From assembly GCF_006345805.1 (NCBI RefSeq), contig NC_043000.1:100130001-100194000 (forward strand): a stretch of 64,000 nt of DNA, read 5' to 3'. The notes beneath the pieces are model-generated. The model saw only the letters and a program-made list of their open reading frames with translations, had not been told where the DNA came from and searched no databases. This DNA comes from Octopus sinensis (Eukaryota). Below, piece by piece: positions 1-14,163 of this stretch. Both the position numbers and the translations under genes were made by a program. The number at the start of each line of letters is the position of its first letter. Position 1 is the stretch's first letter.

Positions 1-2
1 TA

Positions 3-47
<45 letters not shown>

Positions 48-777
48 GTGGACGAAAATGTAATTGCATTTGATGCTAGCTAACAAGCAAACCACTATGT
101 TGATGTATTATAGAATTAAACGGTTCTTCAAGCAATATTGATGCGGCAGTCATAGTAATTAACTTCCATACGGCAGATCTTATTAGCTTTTAGCAGCAGG
201 AAATATTTTCTTTGTAGGTTCGATTACGTTAAAATTAGCCGTTGGCATAAATTGCGATAAGGAATGTAGGAATTATTGATTTTTGTTTTCTATTTTTTCA
301 CAATGGCACAAGGTTATACATCTGAAGTTAAGGGAGATGTAATGGACTGAATCGACCCAGTACAATTACTGGGTTTAATCAAGCTTGTGAAGGTGTTTTC
401 ACCTTGTGGTTCGATCAGCAAGAAATATTAACCAATATCCCTCAAAGCGTACTCTGCTGTCTTAAAAAGAGGATAAAGGACGCATTGGATTATTATGTCG
501 TAAATACAAAATGGCTGAAAAAATAAACAAAATAACAGATAGGCAATGGGCTTGGATGAAACGCTTTTGATCATAGATCTGCTGTATCAGTTGTGGATGG
601 GACGAAAATACAAGAACAAGAACAATAATAAATGGTACTTAACTGTACCAGCGACGGAGTCTCTACGTAATCGTTTACACTGCTATAAACAATATCGTCA
701 TCTCCATCATATCATGGCTACTGATTTTGTTTTGTTTTAAACTAAGGAGCGGTCACATAAGATTTATTACCCTAGGT

Positions 778-924
778 CAGTGATAGACAAACTGCAGCCC
801 GCGGGACTTTCTGAAAGGCACACCTAAAAGAAAAATAACCTTGGATAGTTTTAATAGTGCGGCCCATCTGATGACGAGCCATGTTTTATGTGGCTCGCTT
901 CGCGAAAAAAGGTTGCCAATACTG
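778..924. mobile_element. hAT (Charlie/MER-like) MITE
   Basis: Starts CAGTGATAGACAAACTGCAGCCCGCGGG, has internal TGCGGCCC and ends AAAAAAGGTTGCCAATACTG, the usual pattern of Charlie-type MITE ends. Flanks CCCTAGGT and CTCTAGAT resemble the NTCTAGAN Charlie target. Confidence 0.65.
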
Positions 925-1233
925 GCTCTAGATGCACTATGACTGATTAAAAAACGGAATTGGACACGACTTTGATCATTTACCTGCATAATAAAGGTAA
1001 AAGTGGGACTAAACAACTGATACTAATTCATATATAACGATGTGGGGTGGGATGAAAAACAAAATCATATCTGGTTGAATTTAAACTCAAAAGGCAAAAT
1101 GTAAAATTAAATTGTATAATCACATTTTCTCCAGCACTTATACGCTTTTGCCACTACAGCTCCGGTAGGGAAGCATAAAATGCGATAGCATTATAGCATT
1201 TGATAACGTACATCACTCACGTTTGTCCATGTG

Positions 1234-1354
<121 letters not shown>

Positions 1355-1520
1355 GACGTTTCTGTGATACACGATCCCTATTGATCGGCTTCCTTCTTTT
1401 TTCCCCTTCTTTCCATGATCCCTTTTGATCGAAATTCTACCTTCCTCCCCCTTTTTTTTCTTCCCAAAAAGAAAAAGCTCTACTTTGTATTTTGTCCCCT
1501 CTGTGTGGCTAATAAAGAAA
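1355..1520 (+). mobile_element. Probable non-LTR retroelement 3' tail embedded in (CTAT)n
   Basis: Unique 165-bp block with CTAT repeats on both sides. It ends TTGTCCCCTCTGTGT..GGCTAATAAAGAAA, similar to the tail of the 184-nt SINE units at 20611 and 53395. Confidence 0.4.
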
Positions 1521-1534
1521 CATATCTATCTATA

Positions 1535-1745
1535 AAGTTGATTGTTATGTCAGTCAGACAGTCACCATTGGTTTCACATCTGCAAAGTTCTTAGCTGAAT
1601 AGGCGACTTGTCAGACGCAAATGGCCGGAGGCATATAACCTTTCTGCCTCCGACCTTTTGAATCTGATGAGTCGCCTATGCATTTAAGCGCTCTATAGGT
1701 GCAAAACGAATGGTCACTCTCTGATCGGTCATAACAACCAATCTT
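1535..1745. repeat. Old imperfect palindrome / foldback (about 100-bp arms, 11-nt loop at 1634-1644)
   Basis: ATAGGCGACT/AGTCGCCTAT, CGGAGGCA/TGCCTCCG and TTGTTATG/CATAACAA are in register around a single centre. Arms are roughly 70% identical by eye. Confidence 0.75.
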
Positions 1746-2141
1746 CTAAAATATATTATTGCTCTAATGTCTTAGAGTGTGCTTCTTTTACGGGTATATG
1801 AACTACTGACGCTATATATATACATGTATAAGCACGCACACACACACACACACATAAATAGATAGATAAATAGTTATAAACAAACATGCGCGCACACACA
1901 CACACACACAAATATATAAACAGATATATATATATTTTTTTGAAATATAGTAATATATAAAACTCTGTCTTTTACTTGAAGGCTCACTTAGTATGATTTT
2001 TCGCAAAAAAACAGCTGACGGCTACTTCGAAGTTTTGGTCATGTAACATTGGTCGATCAGTCCGTTGAAGGTTATGCTGCCGAGACTTGGAAGAAACTGT
2101 CAACCGCTTCTTCGTAGAAATGAAATATATGTACATGTATT

Positions 2142-2457
<316 letters not shown>

Positions 2458-3873
2458 TTTGCCTGTCTGTCTCTCCTCTATCTATGTATCTATCTTTCTT
2501 TCTTTCTCTCTGTCCTTTATGGCTCTTGTTATATTTTATCTCATTTTCTCAAAAGAACCAAATTCAACAGAACATTGATAATCGAAGAAAAGATATTTCA
2601 TTGATTTTTATTCCTTAACAAATCGATTGTGTTATACATGGCTATTAATCGATGATAATTTTGTATGTAGATATATTTCTGCTATTGTAGTAATTGGTTA
2701 AACATCAAAGATATCATCGCACTTCAGTAATATGCACATGTGTGTGTGTGTGTTTGAATATGCATCTACATGGTATATGTGTGTGTATGTGTGTATACAT
2801 ACACACACACAAAGGGAATGAGAGAAAAAGAGAGAAAGAGGGAGTGACGCACGTACACACACATACACATAAATATATATATACGCCTGAGTGTCACTCT
2901 CTCTCTTTCTTTTCCCTCTTATACTTTGTGTGTATGTATATATACATATATATACACGTAAATCGTAATTGGTATATCGGTATTAATGTTTTATATAAAT
3001 TACACGTGTTTCATAAAACCGACAATCATCAATTACATTAGCATAAAACTCAGTTACGTGATCAATGTCGTCGGCCACGTTCATCGGCATTACCGGAGAA
3101 AAAAATAAAGGGCCACTGTGTCGGGGGGGAGGGGGTGGCTTTTGGCACTTGCTACTTGTTCACGTAATTGAGTTTTATGAGCATGTAATTGACATTTTCC
3201 CGGGTTTATAAAACATACTACTGATTATGTTTTCTGTGTCGTTGAAAAAGACATGGGCGGAAAGTCAGTCTGAAATGCCATTGGCAATGAGAAAACACAG
3301 AGACGATAATCATCTGCGAAGATGGAGCAACCACTAGGAAACATATGTAGCTTGAGTTTTACCTGCTCCATTCTCTCAAATTGGATTTTCATTCGCGTTC
3401 ATAGCAACCCTAGTTGCTAACCATGAACTACGTATAAAAGAAATCAGCTTATCGAACTTCGATATGGGAAAAACCTACAACTTTCGACGCCAGTAAAATA
3501 TTATTGTTCCTGAAACTTGTTTTATACCTATTACAAACTGTTCGAAGCTTATTAACTTCCTACACCTAGATACTTACATATTACGTATGCACCTTACACT
3601 TACATATTATGTATGTATGTATGTATGTATGTATGTATGTATGTATGTATGTTGTATGTATGTATGTATGTATTATAGCCCTATTAAGTCGCATAGCAGA
3701 AATGCACAGAAATTATTATGGCATGACCGACCGTGGTTGAGAGCAAGAGAACTGTGTACTGTTGTCTTCGACTTGAATGAAATCCTTCATATTTACCACC
3801 GATATTGAATTCTTGGAGATATACTTACCCTACTCAACAAGCCTGTTATATACATATATACATACATACATAC

Positions 3874-3929
<56 letters not shown>

Positions 3930-3987
3930 TATATATATATATAAAATCATATCTGTCTTTCTCTCTCTCTTTCCACCTCTCTTTTTC

Positions 3988-4022
<35 letters not shown>

Positions 4023-4144
4023 TATATATATACATATATACATATAAATTATGTAAATTCAAAAGATTTCATACGTATACATACATACATACATACATAC
4101 TTATAACCATATTAAATATTCACATAAATATATACATATTTATA

Positions 4145-4180
<36 letters not shown>

Positions 4181-5246
4181 TAAATATATATATACATATA
4201 TGCCTACACAAACACACACAACACATACACACATATATATATATATATGAATGTGTGTGCATGTGCGTGTATGCTTGCGTCCAAATAAATATGCTGTACT
4301 CATCAAGCAAAAACAGGGCTACCGAATGAAGGGAGATTACTAACAATGATTTATTGTCTGTATGAGCAGTCATCGATTTTCTTTAGCCTTTCTTGTCGTT
4401 AGTTTTTTAATAAAACACATTCGTTATTTTTGTAGAAAATCTCGATGGTTATTTATCGATAGTTCCTTTGAACGGAAATTATTCTTCGTCAAAGATTATT
4501 CAACTATCCACGCATATACACAAATTCGTATATACACATATGCATGTACGTTAATACATATACATATACTTACACACAACCATCACACACATATATTTAT
4601 ATGGGTATACATACATTTCTGTGTATATAAATATACAAGCGCATATCTTTCTGCGCGCATCTTTCTCTCTCCCCTTTTCACTCTCTCTCTCTCTCCTTAT
4701 ATATATATTGCTTTACATATAAATATATATGCATAGTTATATAAATTTATATATGTATATACATATATTATTGAATATATAGATACATGTATATATATAT
4801 ATATATATGTGTGTGTGTGGTGTGTGTGTGTGTGTGTGTATGTGTGTGTGTGTGTATGTGTGTATGTGTGTGTTTCTATGTACGTATGTATTATGCAGAA
4901 TATCTATTTATCTATCTGTTTGTATGTGAGTGTGTGTGTGTGTGTGTGATTGAGTGAATTTGTATGCATATATGCATATATTTGTATGAATGTATACAGA
5001 TATATATATGCATATTTCTCTTTGCCTCTCTGTATAGACAAATACATATGAGTATTTATTGTGTTCTTTGTGGTAGATTTTGTAAGGTTATATTTAACGT
5101 TATTAATGATTGCATTCTCTATTGTTATTTTTTTTTGCATTATATTTCTCCCCACTTCTACCCCCCCCCCCCCGCGCCACCACTACCTCCACCTCCACCA
5201 CCACCAATCGCCATCTGGTCTTTAATTATACAGTTCTAGAAATAAT

Positions 5247-5680
5247 CTGGATAATCTTAATGACGTCAGGTATTGATGCGAAATGATCTAAAAAGATGAC
5301 CTAGATGTCCTGAATAGTAAGATCGTAGATGTTGTGAATAGATTTTGAGTTTCACTTAAATTAACAAGAAGCAAATATCATGTTTAAGATAAAGAAAATG
5401 CAACTGAAGATCAATGTACAAAATATCTGTGCCATGGAAGAGAAGTTAGTGTCTATTGTGAGAACGAAAATGAAGTTTGAAGTGTTTTCCATAAAGTAGT
5501 TGGGCTGAAGGCTTATAACAGAAACAGCATAGCCACATCATTACAGAATAATTGGAGGAATGATGGCCGTATTTGTGACGGTATGTGTGAATATTGAAAA
5601 GCCTATCAGAAGCCAAATTGAGTAGAAACAGAAAGCACAATATTCTCTGTAAATAAATACTTAAACATGACTGCATGCAT
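5247..5680 (+). pseudogene. Possible highly decayed LINE (RTE-like) reverse-transcriptase C-terminal fragment
   Basis: One frame reads KDDLDVLNSKIVDVVNRF*VSLKLTRSKYHV...KYLCHG...CEY*, weakly like the post-YADD region of RTE RTs. It has about 7 stops and no YADD motif is visible. Confidence 0.25.
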
Positions 5681-6084
5681 ACATAAATATGCATGTATAT
5701 ATGTATGTATAAGCTCTTTTTACACTAAGAAGCGGTGCAAGGTACCTGAATTTTCGACTCATGTCAAAGGTAACTCACTACATCAAATCGTTGTTAGAGT
5801 ATTCGCATAAGTGGAGTTAAGACAGGCTAGATAGTACTGGCATCGAGTCGTATTAGTTGTGATAATAAAGTCAAACCAAATAGTGATATTTTGAAATGCT
5901 TTGGCTGAGAATGTTATACGTAATGGATTAATTTCTTATATATTACGCAAACACGAAACGTACGTATTAGATGATGTCGCAAAAATCACAATCGGGTTTG
6001 ACTTAACTGTTACAAATATGTATATATGTGTGTGTGTGTGTGTGTGTGCGCACGTGTTTCTGTGTGAGTAGACAGACATACAGT

Positions 6085-6146
<62 letters not shown>

Positions 6147-6315
6147 TAATTGATTAAATCGTCTCCAGTACTAGTACTTATCCTATTACGCTCTTTTGCT
6201 CAACTGAAAATTTAACGGGACATAAACGAACCCACACCGGCTTTCAAACCATAGTGAGAAGGAATACAAAGAAGCACACACACACATACATATATATACA
6301 TAGACATATACGTAC

Positions 6316-6402
<87 letters not shown>

Positions 6403-6533
6403 CATATATATATTATATGCCGAACTCTCACACCATTTCCGCCTGTCATATTCTTTCAAAAGACACTGGTCAGCTCAAAACTATAATAGAAGACACTGAC
6501 GCAAGATGCAACGGAGCATTGTGGAGCAACGGA

Positions 6534-6680
6534 CTAGTCAATTACATCGACCTCAGTGCATAACAGGTACCTATTTCATTGACCACGAAAAGATGAAAGA
6601 CAAAGTCGACCTCAGCGGAATTTGAACTCAGAACGTAAAGTCTAACGAATTGCCACTAAGCATTTTGTCCTGTTGGCGTC
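6534..6680 (-). mobile_element. SINE family A (tRNA-headed), partial
   Basis: Reverse complement of B-box GAGTTCAAATTCC plus core GTCGACTTTGNCTTTCATC. Confidence 0.85.
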
Positions 6681-7011
6681 ATGATTATTATTATTATTAT
6701 TATTGCTTATCTTGTTTTTAAGAGATAACTTATATTTTCTATTAATGTACTGAACCAACTGGGATATGTTGTTGGAACTGATAATCATGAAAGCATTATC
6801 AGGTGTTTTCATAAAAGAGTGGTGGAAGAGTATTTTCGTGAGAGACAAAGAAATTGAAATACATTTTGGGAGAAATTCAAATGAAATTTGGCACGTTAAT
6901 GATATTTCATTCCTCAGGCATTCAGCAGACTGTCTGTTCAATTAGAATATCGCCAAGACTATCTCCGCGCGTGTGTGTGTGTGTTTGCGTGCGTCGTGTA
7001 CGTGAATATAC

Positions 7012-7049
<38 letters not shown>

Positions 7050-7390
7050 ACTATATTATATTATATTATATTATATATGTATGTGTATATATATATGTAT
7101 ACATTCACACACATACACACACACAGACACACATAATATATATATACATGTATAAATATATGTTTATGTATGCGTGTGCGTGCTCGCGTGTATGTTTAGG
7201 TATGCATGTATGTGTACACATATATGCATAATGTCTGAGAAATGTAAAAGTTGCTAACAAACTTTTGATAAACATTTCATTTACATTATATTCTAGTTTT
7301 ACTTTGCAGTTTTCATTCTTATCACCATATTTTCCTCCTCCACCAGCACCCACACCTCCTTTTCTTTTTCATCATCGTTATCATCTCAGA

Positions 7391-7820
7391 AATGATGTCC
7401 GACATTTCTTTAACGCAAATGTTTTACCGGGGCTAAAAAGTAAGTTCGACTTCTGTCGTAATTTAGTGACTGACAAGAATGCTAACATCCTGAGGGAAAC
7501 TCTAGGTGTCGACAAAGATCAACTAATCAGTTTACACAAGAGTTCTTTCAGTTTGGGTGCCAATCAGAAATATATGGTCTCATAAAGCTGCTGGTAGGGT
7601 AGACAACACTGCTTATTTGAGAGATGCACCACAGGTACTGAAATACCTGCTGGCAGGACGACACTTTTCTACATTCAACCATTCAAGTTTTACTAACCTG
7701 TGGAGATATATTGAACTGTTTTTGTCACATGAAGAACAAATCAGTTGAGTTCATCAGTAGACTCATTTCACCATCTTTCTTTACTGGAGAAGAATATATA
7801 ATTCTCCTCTATTTAATGGC
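7391..7820 (+). pseudogene. Frameshifted coding-like fossil of unknown protein, with RNIWSH (Rx4H) motif
   Basis: About 140 aa read through after two +1 shifts in homopolymer runs (about 7555 and 7719-7723). The block is repeat-free, has ordinary amino-acid composition and is GC-richer than its flanks. Confidence 0.45.
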
Positions 7821-7867
7821 TATGGGGTAAAAAAAATTCAGTTTGATATTTAGCTATCTTAAAAATT

Positions 7868-8057
7868 GGCGAGTTGGCAGAATCGCTTGCACACCAGGCC
7901 AGATGCTTAGTGGCATTTTGGCCGTCTTCACATTCTGAGTTCAAATTCCTCTGAGGTTCACTTTGCCTTTCATCCCTTCAGATTCGATGAAATAAATACC
8001 AGTTAAATATTGAGGTCGATGTAAACGACTTGCTGGCCCTGTGCCAAAATTTGAAAC
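7868..8057 (+). mobile_element. SINE family A
   Basis: A-box TGGCAGAATCG, B-box GAGTTCAAATTCC, core CTTTGCCTTTCATCC, tail GTGCCAAAATTTGAAAC. Confidence 0.85.
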
Positions 8058-8560
8058 TGCTATTTAGTTTGTTTAAAAATCACAATTCTTATTCTAGACA
8101 GTGACAGTGTATTCTTGTAGTTTAAATGTATTAAATTTAGATCGAATCTTGTTTAAGTTTATCTTTGCTGTTCAGTCTTACTGGGGTCGATAAAATATGT
8201 ATCAGCAATGTGCTGTGATTGGTTTGACAATATCCTTCATTTCAATGCGAGGAACCCTTAAATATACAAACACTATTATCGTCGCCATCATCGCAGCCGC
8301 AACATCACACCAATATTTCCTTCATTATCACCATTATCCTAATCATCATCACCAATACAATTACCACTACCACTGTCTTTTAATGATCATCAAGATCAAC
8401 ATGATTGATATGATCCACCTCATCGTCATCATCATCACCATAAGCACTAACAACAATGTCTTCATCACCAGCAGCAGCAAACCACTACCACCACCCGCCT
8501 TCTTCTCCTCCTCTCACTACCATCATCATCATCGTCACCATCATCACCATCATCATCATT

Positions 8561-8592
<32 letters not shown>

Positions 8593-9607
8593 ACTTTCAG
8601 GTCGTAAACAGCTTTCGGTGGAAAGAGAAGTAATTTGATAAAATTAAAAAAAGTGAATGTGAAAAAGAAGTAAAGAAATAAAGAAAAAAGCAAGAACGGG
8701 TTGCAAGGGGCGGGAAAAGCACTCAATTATACTTAATTGTGTGTATGTGTGTGTGTGAGTGTGTGTGTGTGGAGTGAATGAGAGAGAGAGAGAGAGAGAG
8801 AGAGAGCACGTGGGAGACGGAAAGAGTGGAATAAAGAGAAAGCGAAATAACGAGACAGAGAAATTAAGAGAAAGCGGAGAATAAAGAGACAGAAAAATAT
8901 AGAGAGGGAAAAGTGAGGCAGAATGAATCACGTAAAATCATATTTGCCTAAATTGAATTTATGTATGACCCGAAGCCTGGCAATAGTTTTGGAGAGGTCG
9001 ATTATGAGTGACCTTGCGAAATTAAGAAAGTCAAAAGGCTTGAAATATAAACTATTGATTATTTTCATTTTCATTAATTTTATACAATTCGACGATCTAT
9101 ATTTGAAAATGAAAATAAGGAAAATTTTGACTCTTGGCACATAAACCCCACAGTCATTTGCCTTCACTTTATTACGATTTTCATACTCATTAGCAGTCGC
9201 AGAATATGTAATTTTAATTTCGTACAAAAAAGAAAACATGTTTTTACATGTTTTTAATGGTTTGGTTAGAGGTGAGGGACGGGTATAATCAATGATCCTT
9301 TACAGGGTTTGCAAAATTGTTGAAAAGATGAATGTTATCGAAAAACCTGGCTCGAATGTTTTTCAAGACAGATTGATTTGTATGAAGGTGAACTGAATGA
9401 CCTGGTAGTTGTGTTAAACCAAGCGATGAATTCAGTCTAACATCTAGTATATACCCGCATATGATTACATAAAAAGGACCGCTATTTTGTGGGAACAGGG
9501 GCATTATTTTAAAGGAACAACATATTTTCTGATGAAAAGACTCAGTATTAAAAGTATCGCCAATTTTATGATGTAAATTAATTTTGGGCATATATGTTTA
9601 TATAATA

Positions 9608-9650
<43 letters not shown>

Positions 9651-10029
9651 TGATGATGATGATGATGATAATAATAATAATAATGAAGGTAACTATACGC
9701 AACACAAAGACAAAAAGGATAAATTCAGTTGTGACTAAGCGTGATTGAGGATGCTAAATAGTATCTACATTGCTAGAAATAGGAGTTTAAAACCCTTAGA
9801 GCTGCAACAAAGCACATTTTCATTTACTGACAAGGGGGATAACCACTCCAAAGAAAGCTAGATCATTAAACTAGACTAAGGTAGTAAATGATGACTGCTC
9901 CACTGTCAATATATGAAAATGTGCTTACTTGCAGCTCTAAGGGATTTTAATTCTTACTTTTAGCAATAAAGGTGCTACCAAGCACCCTCAGTCACAATTA
10001 GTGACAATAGAATTACATATATATATTTT

Positions 10030-10200
10030 TTTTTCTCTCCTTCTTTCTGTGTTTTTTATCTGTGTATCTTTCTGTTGAAGAGCGTAGGCTCGAAACGTTA
10101 AAGACTTGTTTTATTTATATTTCCTGAGCACCATACTAATACAATTGTTTGTTTGTATTCCACCTGCCTTCGTCTTTTGTCTATTTTCATAAAGCTTCCC
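10030..10200 (+). mobile_element. Penelope-like element terminal remnant with minimal hammerhead motif (10067-10104)
   Basis: UCUUU-CUGUUGA-A-GAGC-guag-GCUC-GAAA-C-GUU-AAAGA, with TA repeats on both sides. Downstream TTTCCTGAGC is shared with the element at 10270-10475. Confidence 0.6.
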
Positions 10201-10269
10201 GTTATATATATATATATATAATAACAAAATAATAAATAAAACATATGCATATATACATACATATAGTTA

Positions 10270-10475
10270 ATCGAATACATGAAAGCACAAAAAACACAAC
10301 AACGCGAGGACGTTGAACAAATATAGTATTATTGGACGCTCAGGAAAGAAGGAAAGAAAGAGGGTTTAAAGTTTCGAGCGGAGCTCTTCGTCGGAAACAT
10401 AGGAGAAGGAAAGATCCAGAGAAGGGAAGACAGAGGAAAAAATCGCCAACGGTACACACGCGGTCACATTTTGAA
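10270..10475 (-). mobile_element. Penelope-like remnant (family H) with degenerate hammerhead (10364-10398)
   Basis: Reverse complement aligns over about 200 bp with 29237-29420. Minus strand reads GUUU-CCGACGA-A-GAGC-ucc-GCUC-GAAA-C-UUU-AAAC. Confidence 0.65.
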
Positions 10476-10518
10476 TACATATACATACATATATGTACAT
10501 ACCTACATTTGTATGTAT

Positions 10519-10695
10519 GGGTACAGGACACCAAAAAATGTAGAACACAATGAGAAACGAAAACAGAAAAACAAAAACATGGAAACGGACTATTTTCAAA
10601 CAACAAAACAGAGTACAAGATATACAACACAAGGAATATTCCTCTTCTTCAGTTGCTCTTGTTTCGACTACTCCGTGTTTCGAAGGTATGGAGTT
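10519..10695 (+). mobile_element. GGGTACAGGAC-end repeat family, diverged copy
   Basis: Shares the terminus GGGTACAGGAC and the A-rich body with 27811 and 51617. Confidence 0.55.
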
Positions 10696-11269
10696 ATATG
10701 TATAAATATATTTACGTATATAGATTTATAGCTGTATGAGGAATAAAAAAATGTTGCTATTAAAATTGCATTTCATTTTTATTAGCCTTGACTGAGTCTT
10801 CAGGTTTCATATAGGATCTCAGCCAAAGCAAACCATCAGGCTACACATGAAGTCCCAGTTGAAAAGAAATTTTGTTTTATACATACATACATACATACAA
10901 ACATACATACATATATACATACATACATGCATACATTCATACATGCATACATATTCATACATACATACATACATACATACATATACATACATACATACAT
11001 ACATACATGCATACATTCATACATGTATACATATACATACACACATACCTATATATGTTTGTGTGTGTATGTATGTATGTATGTATGTATGTATGTATGT
11101 ATGTATGCATGTATGCATGTGTACAGGGTGTTCGGGCTATACAAGAAATTTAAGAGAATGTTAATATATTTTTATATCAACAAATGTTCTCAGATGTCCT
11201 TCACGAGCCATAAGTTCATAAGGCCGGTTCTTGGATTCTGTGGCGTATATATTCTCCCATCCCCAATAC

Positions 11270-11450
11270 CGGACGCTGGTCCGTTGCAAGTTTACTCATT
11301 TTTGCCAGTTAAGTAGAATGGAACAACGTGTAATGGAGTGCTTTGTTCAAGATCATTACACGTCACCGGGCCCCGGATTCGAAACCACAATCTTACAAGT
11401 CTTACGATTATGAGCGCAACACCTTTAACCACTACGGTGCACGACTCCAC
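11270..11450 (-). mobile_element. SINE family G (tRNA-headed)
   Basis: Minus strand GTAGTGGTTAAAGGTGTTGCGCTCAT..GGTTTCGAATCC (A and B boxes), then ..CAGCTGGCAAAAATGAGTAA-type core. Homologous to 32255-32513. Confidence 0.75.
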
Positions 11451-11679
11451 GCATATTTTCATGTGTGTGTGTGCGTGTATGTGTGCGTCTATGTGTGTGT
11501 GAATTATCAATTGTGGAACACGACTGTCATTACATGAATATAATTGCGTAACGCATGAAAATACTAGTCTATTTCAATATTGTAAAATTGTAAGAATTGT
11601 AAATAAAGCGTGAAAATCAGACTACGTTGGAATTTCATTGATTAATATATTCTTCCATACACAATCATACCAACTTGGA

Positions 11680-11842
<163 letters not shown>

Positions 11843-12052
11843 CTATACACATACACACACATATGCCCATCATGTGATTTACATATATATGTCATATGCG
11901 AATCAGACGGTCTGAATTAAATCTAAACGCATTAAAAAGCCTTAGCTATGAAATTATTTGTATATAATTATAGTCAGGATTATGTAAATTAATAAGTATC
12001 AGAATGTAAATATATTCCTTCCATGTCTTTCATTTGCTATGTTCTGCATAAA

Positions 12053-12925
<873 letters not shown>

Positions 12926-13529
12926 TTTGAGTTCTATGTCCTGATCTTTGACGTAGTTCTACAATCTCTTACCCATCTCTACAAATTCGTCGTTATGTTT
13001 CCACGTAAGATCTCTGTAATTAAAAGAAAGTTTAGGATGTGTGTTTTATTCATTGCCAATATTGTTTCTCTGCATTGCCAAAATATATAATTCATTGTTT
13101 CTTTCTTTGTTATTATTTCCGTTCCTAATCGCTTTATATTTCACAAAATATTTTTATCTGATTGTCAAAGATCTAACACTACAAAACTGTAGTTTACAAT
13201 AAATGGCTTTTTATACAAATTGTGTATCCTAATTTATTCGCCTATTCTTTTGTATACTATAATTTAATATTGTATGCGATTGTCAATTATAATTTAGGAG
13301 TATATAAAATAATATATGCTAATTTATTAGTCTATGCAATGCTATATTATATTATTCAGCAGAATAATATTATATTATTCAGACAGCCAAGTTGTTCGTT
13401 TGACCGAACGAGCTATAACATCAAATTAGCATATAAATTGGTTGAATATTTCAATCATGCATACCCATCATGCATTGTTGAAATACATTCAGTGTGACGA
13501 TGTGACAAAACTGGATCTTTCATTTACAG

Positions 13530-13695
13530 ACACAGTCCATCAGACGGACTTCGATACAGTTTCTGCCAATTTGTCGCACAAGACGAATCGATGAAGGTTA
13601 TGGCAAATGACATTTGTCTAACTTGCCAGTTATTGGTATTGAAATCAAGACGACACGAATGCCGGATAAACATCTTCACCACGCGACTAAGCTTG
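13530..13695 (-). mobile_element. SINE family B, old copy
   Basis: Reverse complement resembles the head and ..GGCAGAAACTG..AAGTCCGTC segment of 43539. Confidence 0.55.
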
Positions 13696-13961
13696 TGTCT
13701 AATAGTATAATTTTATCTATTAGTGTACAGAATTGTTGCAAAACGAAGACAGAAAATTTCGCAGGTGTCAGGCAGGTGATTTGATGTGATACCCTGTACT
13801 GAAGCAATTACAGCGTAGAAGACATATGTGAGACATTAAAAATCACCCACAAGCATTTAAAATTTGGGGTCAAAATTTTTGTTGCACCGAATAAATGTAA
13901 TAAGTAAAGTTAACATATAAGTTACAAAAGAGAAAAGATTTGGCAATAAATAATTGTCTCT

Positions 13962-14163
13962 AATTTTAAGTACAAGGCTACCAAATTTTGAGGAGATGGG
14001 GTTAATTGAGGTCGTCAACCCAAGTACTTGACTGGGACTTTATTTTATTAACTGCGGAGGGATGAAAGGCAAACTTCAACAGGAGTTGAACTAGGATCGT
14101 GGACATGCCAGAACTAATGTTGCAAGGCATTTTCTCTGGATTTCCGACGAGTCTGCCAGTCCT
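13962..14163 (-). mobile_element. SINE family A, diverged
   Basis: GGATGAAAGGCAAA core and ACAAGGC..AAATTTT tail on the + strand. Confidence 0.7.
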
